This document shows, in pieces, positions 47,101 to 64,000 of a stretch of 64,000 bases of DNA. A model generated the notes under the pieces. It was not told the origin of the DNA and did not search any database. It was given only the letters and a program-made list of their open reading frames with translations. The DNA lies in contig NIVC01000390.1 in NCBI GenBank assembly GCA_002269645.1, forward strand, positions 186,001-250,000. Reading direction: 5' to 3'. Source of the DNA: Macrostomum lignano (lineage: Eukaryota). The translations under genes were made by a program, and so were the position numbers. Each line of letters opens with the position of its first letter. Within the stretch, counting starts at the first letter, position 1.

Positions 47101-49137
47101 ATCTGTCAGGTGCTGAACAACTTCGGCGGTCTGCAATTCGACATGTGGTCCACCGGCCTGTCCAAGTCGGCCAAGTCCAACATCACCAACAACGCTATCA
47201 TTCGCAACACGCACGGCGGCGCCCTGTGGATCAGCGGCAATCACTACAATATGTTCAAAGTTACCAACAATTTCTTCGAATCCAACGTTGCCGAGATGCG
47301 CGATTTAGTCAGCATCCAGGGCGTCCTGATGAAGCCGTTCGCTAGGAACTACTTCCACCGCAATGTTGCCGGCTATATTATGAATGCGTCGGGGTACGAG
47401 GACCTGTCCACCAAGTCGGAGTTCTCCTGGAACGGCTTCTACCAGAACCAGGCGCTGAACTGGACGCGCCGGTCCACCATCTTCCTCGGCAGCACGAAGC
47501 ACCAGTTCCGGCATAATTACTTCCGCAACCTGGCTAATAACTTCGAGATCGCCACGGGCAACATGTCAATCATTCGGACAGCCGATATTGACACGAACGG
47601 AAACTGCCTGGCGGAGGCCTGGTTCTGCAAAGAGGGCTGGGTCAAGCGCCTGGAGTTCAACAAGTGCATCTGCTATCGGCGCGACACGGTTGACGCTCGC
47701 TACAACTGGTGGGGCGAGCCGTACAGCTTCTACGCGCCCGGCCGGCTGTGGGACAACTCCGATGACCCGTACATAATCGGCATTGACTACAGCAACTACT
47801 ACACTGACAACAGCTCGGTGCTGGAGAGTCCCCAGTGCCCGCCAACGTCAAACGTGTCCGCCGGCAACTGCTATTGGTGGTTCGGCGCTCCGCTCACCTA
47901 CAATCGGGCTAAACTGTTCTGCCAAAATGAGATCGGCGGCGTCATGGGCGACAGTCGGGACAGCGTCAGCTTCATGACCGCCCTGATGGCCAGCAGTCAG
48001 AATAATTACGATTGGATCAATCGGTACGCTTGGACAACTCGTGGCTGGGTCTACAGCGAGCAGCCGTTCCCGGCCGCCTGTCCGGTTGTCCGCAACAACT
48101 GGCTGGAAGGCTTCCCCTGCGACACGGCCACATCGTTCTTCTGCCAGGTGTCACCGTCTGGCACCCTGCGGACTATGGAGACGGCCGTGCTGGCATCCAT
48201 CAGCTCAATCCTGGCGCTGTTCCTCCTTCTGGCGCTGGTGCTGCTAATTCTATGGGCCTACAAGTCGCGCCAGCGCCAGAAAGCACGCATGGTCAGGCGC
48301 GAGAACTATCGGGCCTCCACGAAGTCGTCGCGAAGCGCCGCCGGAGCTTTCGGCACCGCCGTCACCCAGCACGAGTACCTGAGCGGCGGGTCGCGCAGCA
48401 ACACAGGTCTGGGCTTCTACACTCTGCAGAGCGGCCTTCCCATGTCCGACTATCGACCCCCGGCCGACGCGCAGTCAGTGGTAACCGGCCTGACCGTAGG
48501 CGGGCTCGGCCCGGCCGGCCGGCGCGAGTCGGACCGAGGCATCCGGCTGGCTGACACTGTGGACACGCTGGACCGCGCTAAAGTTGAAGAGCTGCAGAGC
48601 GCATCCTCGGCCACTAGCTCGGACGGCTCGTCCTCCGTCTACAGGCCGTCGCTGGCCGGTCCGGCCACCACGCTTAGCGGCAGCCGGCGGTTCATGATCG
48701 AGAACCAGATCCCGGAGGCCGACACTCCGCAGCTCAGCGGCGCCGCGGCCGCCGCGCCGGCTCGAATCCGAATGGGCACAGGCGGCGCCGGCGCCGGGCC
48801 GCCCGACCACATGCGGCGCAACAAGCTCACCCTGTCCCGGCCGGCCACCAACCCCATGCAGACGCGCCACCCGCAGGCCGCTCCGCCGAACGTGACGGAG
48901 CCGCAGCCGCCTGCTCAGCCTCCTCGGCAGCGAGGTCACTTCGACTCCGAGTTCGAGGACGACGATGACGATGACGACCAGGAAGGAAAGACGTCCAGCG
49001 ACGAGCTGACGCCAACAACCGGACAGCAGCCGCAGCCGCAGTCTCGGCCAGCCTATCTGCATCAGCCGCGCCGGAGTCTGGGACGGACAGCTGACGATGT
49101 TCGGCGATTCGCCTCAGCCGGCGAGTCGGACATTTGA
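32104..49137 (+). CDS. bark: Bark beetle/anakonda-like type I membrane protein (3x SRCR/CUB-like/right-handed beta-helix repeats, C-type lectin, TM, cytoplasmic tail), ~2985 aa, 13 exons
   Basis: Exons 32104-32349, 32859-33031, 33112-33379, 34170-34577, 35529-35924, 36366-36775, 37950-38596 (frame-disrupted), 39146-39329, 39926-40603, 41443-42330, 43339-44669, 45332-46631, 47110-49137. Signal peptide. Three recurrences of the [SPY/TPY]..(D)(V/I).(V/I)....L.(I/V)..G module, each followed by an SRCR (W..(I/V)C......A.V.C..LG). Many N.F..N beta-helix turns, N(Y/F)WG motifs, a C-type lectin (CYWWF...LTYNRAKLFC) and one TM helix. Confidence 0.85.
32505..32812. repeat. 52-bp tandem repeat (6 copies) carrying CACGTG-like and ATTGG motifs (bark intron 1)
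   Basis: Unit tcacgtgacttgcttctaattggctgaacctacagtcacatattctctctta. Confidence 0.85.
33410..34145. repeat. 22-bp C-rich minisatellite (cacccacctcactccgcctacg) (bark intron 3)
   Basis: Directly visible; forms the spurious N-terminus of ORF 33516. Confidence 0.93.
34765..35320. mobile_element. hAT-type MITE with internal 21-bp minisatellite (bark intron 4)
   Basis: TIRs CAGGGGCGTCGCCA (34765) and TGGCGACGCGCCTG (ending 35320) match at 13/14. Exact 8-bp TSD CACATCCC at 34757-34764 and 35321-35328. Internal (ttttggcgccttaggcactca)n at ~34875-35230. Confidence 0.88.
36020..36340. repeat. C/A/T-rich degenerate repeat (cccatatcccacact) (bark intron 5); related tracts flank the MITE in intron 4
   Basis: Directly visible. 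Confidence 0.85.
36800..37900. repeat. 28-bp minisatellite (catagattgttgtcggtaSttttagggt) (bark intron 6), ~39 copies
   Basis: Directly visible; each unit contains TTAGGG. Confidence 0.97.
38840..39040. repeat. 20-bp repeat (cagtctttgtctcatataac) (bark intron 7)
   Basis: About 10 degenerate units. Confidence 0.85.
39410..39848. repeat. 24-bp minisatellite (ctatgaccctaagctactgagcag) (bark intron 8), ~18 copies
   Basis: Directly visible; source of the SYDPKLLS ORF. Confidence 0.95.
40657..40850 (+). mobile_element. SINE-like retroposon, copy 2 (bark intron 9, 3'-truncated)
   Basis: ctctgatgtgccagcggcccgggctcgattccaag and ctaaattggaatctcggcttggctctgctcg are identical to the 59081 copy. Confidence 0.8.
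42350..43200. repeat. Compound 21-23-bp minisatellite (ctgcaactgtgactgaataggct -> cttcaWtcatgactgagtaggct) (bark intron 10)
   Basis: Two related units sharing gactgaRtaggct, switching at ~42790. Confidence 0.92.
46640..47030. repeat. 24-bp minisatellite (tatctgaggtatctgaagccyccc) (bark intron 12)
   Basis: About 16 copies; source of ORFs 46563 and 46607. Confidence 0.95.
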
Positions 49138-50099
49138 GATTGAATGATGTTGCAGAGAAGAAAGGGTTAGTTAATGACACTGAGTTAATGTTGACAGGCC
49201 GCCTGACTGAACCATGCGATTTTAAGCATTTGTTTATCAAATGACGATTCGGTTTAATAAATCATGTTTAACCTGATGCTGGCGCATGATTAGGTCAGGC
49301 TAGGCGGTAGGCTGCCGTGTTTATTATTATGGTTTACCAATCGCTGTGACCATTGCGGCATGTGCAATGGTTTCTACAAAAATCGTGCTTTAATTTAATG
49401 ACTTAATTTGTTTTGTAAGTCATTTTACTGAAGGATACCTTGCAAGCACACGATTTTTTAAATCTATGCCTACTTTCAGTAGTAATTTATTTATATTATC
49501 TACACTCTGCTACCAACTATAGCTATGTATACATTCCAATTTTATAAGCAGTATGCATATTTATTGTTTTATTTACGATTGTCGCTTACATTCCCAGTTC
49601 GTGCTGTCTTGCTTAATCTTATTATTGCTAAGTTTTATTAGTTTTCGAATTTTTTATGTTTTTTATATTTTCCAGTGCTGTGCTGTTCCGTACTTTGTCT
49701 ATTTGACTTTTGGTTTGATTTTCTTCTCTGCAGACTCATTTTGACATATCCTCCATTGTCATAAGTTTTGTAAATCGAATGTGTAGTTCAGTTCCTATTT
49801 GCTTGCTACATGTAATTCCATTTGTTGATGGATATATTTACAAAAATTGCGCACATACAATACAGGGTCTGCTTGCACTCTTGCACTTTTAATGAACTTA
49901 AACAATCTGATCCGTGTATAGTGTGTGTTTTCTAGTTTTTTTTTAATTGATTAATTCTTTCCATTCCAATAGCACCCGTGTTATCGTCCACTGTCCCGCC
50001 AGCATATCAGTATCTTCTGTGGAATTTTTAGGCTTTTTGCTAGCTTTTCTTTTTAATAGCCAGTGGAGTTATCAAAGCTGATTATGATTATTAGGGCGC

Positions 50100-50575
50100 G
50101 AGGGTTTATTGCTAGCTCCGCACACGAGGGTGGGGTTAAAACCGGCTGCTGGTGATAAGAGTGTAAGGGTTTATTGCTAGCTCCGCGCACAGTGGGTGGG
50201 GGTTAAAACCGGCTGCTGGTGATAAGAGTGTAAGGGTTTATTGCTAGCTCCGCGCACAGTGGGTGGGGGTTAAAACGGCTGCTGGTGATAAGAGTGTAAG
50301 GGTTTATTGCTAGCTCTGCGCACAGTGGGTGGGGGTTAAAAACGGCTGCTGGTGATAAGAGTGTAAGGGTTTGTTGCTAGCTCCGCGCACAGTGGGTGGG
50401 GGTTAAAACGGCTGCTGGTGATAAGAGTGTAAGGGTTTGTTGCTAGCTCCGCGCACAGTGGGTGGGGGTTAAAACGGCTGCTGGTGATAAGAGTGTAAGG
50501 GTTTATTGCTAGCTCCGCGCACAGTGGGTGGGGGTTAAAAACGGCTGCTGGTGATAAGAGTGTAAGGGTTTATCC
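50100..50575. repeat. 66-67-bp tandem repeat, ~7 copies
   Basis: Unit gggtttattgctagctccgcgcacagtgggtgggggttaaaacggctgctggtgataagagtgtaa. Confidence 0.95.
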
Positions 50576-52671
50576 CAGTTATAAAGGTTCTTCATTTAAC
50601 TCTGCAACCGATGACATAACAGAGCAACCACTGTACTTGTACTGCGCTGCGTACAATCTTCAATATATTTCTACACTTTCTTCAACTTCATTCCAAAGTC
50701 GGCTTCATTCCAAAGTTAACAACACTTGCCTGTACCGATAATGTATGCCTTGCAATGAAAATTTTGAAACTATTAATAATAAAATTTGTAAGCTACCAAT
50801 TACAAGCTGCTGCTGTATAAAAGTATACTCTGTCCTTAATTGTCAGGTAGCTAAGGCATAGTAATCTGCCAATAAATTATGGCTTAATTCTTCACTGCGC
50901 ATTGCTTACTTTCTTCCGTGGCCTTAATCCCATTCTTTACTGGCTGCTTTCACTCGGGAATTAATTAATATAAATCTCATATTTAATTACCACGAGCCGC
51001 CATCAGGTTTGTGTCTAAGTGTCCGAGTGTGCGCTCTTGTGTTTTCGGTGTAATGTATCACCTTTTTTAATTTAATCTCCCGCTTGGAGAGCGGACCCAT
51101 GCACCTGCGCTACGAATTAATCAAAGCAAGGAACTTGAAGGCACCTGACATTGCGCTGGCCGCCCCATGCTGAGGCGGTGGGAAGGGTGAACACGACGAG
51201 ACAGAAAGGGAAATGAGGCGAGACAGGAATTCCAGGAAACAGCCTTGAAGAGAGGGGATTTTCAATTAAGGGAGGCTTTGCAAGAATTTTTTGCTACTAC
51301 CCCTTTCCCTCTTTCATCTCGATATTTTATCATCTTATCGGCTCTAAAGCCCTGGAGAGGGAGAGTGAAGACCATCAAATATTCCCTTTGCTCGAATCTG
51401 ATTAAATCCGGCCTCCTTCCCCCTGTCACCTGCATCCGTGTGTGAGTCTGGTCTGTGAATCTGAGATAGGCCCGAGTCCTGGACTTTTCCTGGCACACCT
51501 TTGCTTGCGTATCACTTGGCTGGCTCACCTCGCTAAGCTGCAATCATCCAACTCGCCTGTTGCTTGCGCGAGTATGAGAATTTTAAAGCGATAAATTAAG
51601 TTTGAATGTCGAGCACTTTGATGGCGAATTGTTGCATAGCAGTACCAATGAGGAAAATAAAACCTCTGAGGAAGATCTCTGAGGAAGAGGAACCTCTGAG
51701 GAAGATCTATTCGATGTATACTCAGCAACATTGAAAAGTCGCCACCCTTTGAGTGACCAGTGTCTATCACCTGGCCAACCATTCTGATCTTAAAAATGCT
51801 TGAAAAAACGATGAAAACCGGGCGGAAGTTTCAATCCATCCAATCTTCGCCATCCGCTCTTCCCTAACCCTCCTCACCCAGCTCAACTCTGTGTTTGCGT
51901 GGCCAAAGTTGCGTCACTCAAAAGTCAATACTAGCTGGAATTTACTGCGCACTAGAAAAACTATAGAATTTATGTCAAACCACATGTACATTATAAAGGC
52001 TTGATCACCCTGCCATAACTATGCCAAAAAGCACACGAATGATTTACATAGCGACGAAAAAGGCGTTATGAAGAGTCAATTTAAGTAAAATCCTAGAGTA
52101 GACTCAGACTAACCGCTTCTAATAGATTGCCAAATAGACAGGAAAGTCTGAGCGAGTTTAGTGTTTATTTTCCCACAGCATACTCTTAGAATTCTAGTCC
52201 ATTGAGGCCCAATGATTGATCAGACAAAGCCAACCTACGACCTAGAAATTTGGGCGGCGACATATTTGACAGATGGATGCTAGGCAGACAGACTGCGGAG
52301 AGTGTGCAATCAGCTAAAATAGGTAGATTAATACTGACAAGTTGGTTAAGAGAGAAGTCAGTCAAACTTGACAGCGCTGTGTAACCTGCAATCAAAGGAC
52401 TCTCTTTGTCTGCCAGTCAGTTTCAATTCAATTCATGAACAGTTGATGCAGAAAGGACACTGCACTTGCAACTAGTGAAAATTTCAGTGAATGCCGGCTT
52501 TCGCTGCAAAACGTATTTAGCAAATTACAATACTTTCAGCTTTTATAGGACTAAATTCGCAATGTCTGAGCTCCTGAATCTTCCGAATTCCAAATGGAGC
52601 AAAGATATGTGCTTTTTCCGAGTTTGATGCGCAAGATCAACAAGAAAAATTGTATAAATAGCGGCAACACT

Positions 52672-52795
52672 AGAGCCATCACTGTGACATTCGTAATCTT
52701 CTAGTAGAGTCATCACTGTGACATTCGTGATCTTCTAGTAGAGCCATCATTGTGACATCCGTGATCTTCAAGAGCCATCACTCTCGCCTCCGTGA
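52672..52795. repeat. ~34-bp repeat, 3-4 degenerate copies
   Basis: agagccatcactgtgacattcgtgatcttctagt. Confidence 0.8.
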
Positions 52796-53034
52796 TCCAA
52801 AATGCTTTTTGAATCGGGCTCGACCGAATTTGTCTATGGCAAGACCCCACTCAACGTTATGCGTTTTCTGATACTGCAGATGCTTTTGTCAACCAAGTTC
52901 AGAACTCTTATTTGGCAACAGTAGATTTAGTCTTGCCCATAGACATAGACGGAAGAAAACACAACCAAGTTGAGAATTCTGATATTACAGCATGGAATTC
53001 GATGTTTCTATGAGCTCAAAACTGAGAGAGCTTG

Positions 53035-53176
<142 letters not shown>

Positions 53177-54342
53177 TCTATGGGAGAGGTTGCTGCTGGC
53201 ATCCTTCTTTGTGTTGATGTCTATGGCCGAACTACGACATATATTACCTATAGCTGTGTCACTCCAGCATTCGCTAATGTATTTAAAGGCCCCGTAAACC
53301 CGGGGTTTGGGCCACAGACACCAGCTGCTGCTGCTAATGCTTGAGAGCTCATTTCTACGGGAAAATCGAGTGTAGCCGTCCTTGTACGAGTAATTCAGTC
53401 GTCCATGGTGCTAATAAAAAACTGGAAGTTTCCCATTCTCCCGCATGCATCCGGCAGCGAAAACCAACCAATCATGTATTTTTAACTGTCTGCCTTATCA
53501 ATGCAGCAGTTATCGCTCTGTCAACCTGAATCGGAGCCTAGCTGATAAGCTCATAGTTATAGAGCTGAGATTGCTGAAATCCTGGACATCTGCCGGTGCC
53601 GTCCCCTCGCTAGCGTCATTTGCTCGACTGTGTGCATCTGGCGGAGGCTGCAGCACAGCTGGCAACGAGAAATGAGCCCCCCACTGCGGTGCGGGGCTCA
53701 TTTCTTATTTATTTTCGAGGGAAAATCGTCTGTAAATACGATTATCTGACGTTATTTTTTTATAAAATTCAAATGTGGCTAAGCTCTAGTGCGGGATTGC
53801 ATAAACAACTCGAAGGTCGGCTGTCCAGTATACTATATAGTATTTCTGAATGTATTGTATTAGGTTTGTTACAATTTAAACCTGTACGCTCGTAGATGTA
53901 AATATCGCAGTCGATAAGCCAGAGAGTGACAGAAACAGTATAATTTTTTAAGAATTAACGGGTATTGTTTAACTGATATCACGAGGGCAGCACAATGTAC
54001 TTTTAATATCAGTCTGGGTGAAGTCTATTTTAGGCCTGGGTATAAAAAACAACATCTGTTTAATTAAAAAATGATCCAATTTTCATGCCAGAAATCCTCC
54101 TACCCTTTTTGAGAGAGAGAAGGAGAGAAGCAAAAAATATTAAAATCTCAGATTTCTGCTGTTGCCACCTCATTAGCGTTTGATGACCCAATTTGAAAAG
54201 TTTTTTAAAAGAACAAAATTCGAATTTTCAATAACTTTCGGGGTCAGGGCTATATAGGCAGCAAAGGAATCTCCAGTTCGACATGGACTACTGAAAAAGA
54301 GTATCTGGGAGTTTTTAGATGTCCATGCTCTTGCCTCGATCC

Positions 54343-63059
<8,717 letters not shown>

Positions 63060-64000
63060 GAGTGAGCGGTGAGCTGAGCGGTGCAAAATACAGGCGGCTG
63101 ATTTCCCTCTGTGCCTACGCATGAGGTCTCCAGGTTCCTACTTATGATGAAGAACTGAATGGGAAGCTGAGGAGCGCCCAACGTTTCGAACCAATAGCAT
63201 TGCAGATGAAATTCGCTTCATCTCAGCTCAGCTCAACCCCCCCCCCTACTCCCGGATCGGCTTCCCATAGCAACGCATTGCAGCTTTATCCACTCGATCT
63301 GCATTGTGCGCCGTCTTTAACGGCCAGGTGCCCCAAGCACTCTCCCGCATAATCCAGGCAGCATTTTGCTTCATCTATACGCATATACGAGTATTTTAAA
63401 TCCGGCCCTGGAACTCTGCATCACGGATGGGACTGGGGGAGGGGTTGGGAGTGAATAGCTGCAGTAGCAGAGCAAGCAGTCGAGCAGGAAGTGAAGTTGA
63501 TGGAATCTCTCGTCCGTTTACTATTTTATCTCCCCGAGCTATCGGGATCAGTTTATCAGATTGCTTTTTAACTGAGCAAACGAAGCGATATGAAAATAGC
63601 AGCCTTAGCTAAATGCTCAAGACAAAAGTGTGTTCTAGTCATTTTTTGCTTTGCTTTTAGTCTCCTAGAAACTCCAACAAAGCTGTGAGCACAAAGCTGG
63701 AGCAGTCTCTGCGCCTGGGATGCTTATTATAAATGGAAATCCGAAAATACAGAGAGGATTTCTGAGACGCAAAATAGTTTTTGTAGTCACTTCCCAATTG
63801 AGGTTCGCATTTACAATGCAATTTTCACGAAGGCACAGGGACTTCTGTTCACTTCAAAGAAGCTTTAAAAATTTTTACAAATCATCTGATGCAACCAAGC
63901 CTCATTAGAGCCTTACGAGTACACAGATATATTGTTACGAGTAGGAATACGCTACATTGATTTTTAAAAATTCACTTAAAGGGACTATTTTGCAAGCAGA

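Overview
Eukaryotic (animal) genomic window, not prokaryotic. It has GC-rich spliced exons, AT-rich spacers, and a different minisatellite in almost every large intron. That style suggests a free-living flatworm such as Macrostomum, but this is inference and cannot be confirmed here. I reconstructed five protein-coding genes by hand, checking GT-AG boundaries and exon phases: (1) a single-exon neuropeptide prohormone (7222-7599 +); (2) an acidic coiled-coil protein with CCDC34/CCDC181/MAP9-type C-terminal motifs (13180-10928 -); (3) exportin-5 (13 exons, 14604-27906 +, 1154 aa), with an intact tRNA-Pro(AGG) in intron 11; (4) a ~2985-aa bark beetle/anakonda-like triple-repeat SRCR/CUB/beta-helix membrane protein (13 exons, 32104-49137 +), whose exon 7 cannot be read in one frame; (5) a tandem-C2 synaptotagmin-like gene (3 exons seen, 63059-54343 -). 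Mobile DNA includes a CpG-erased CRE-clade non-LTR RT relic, three copies of a tRNA-derived SINE family, a CORE-like SINE and a hAT-type MITE with an 8-bp TSD. Most long ORFs in the supplied track are translations of tandem repeats or antisense shadows of real exons. No CRISPR array or rRNA was seen.
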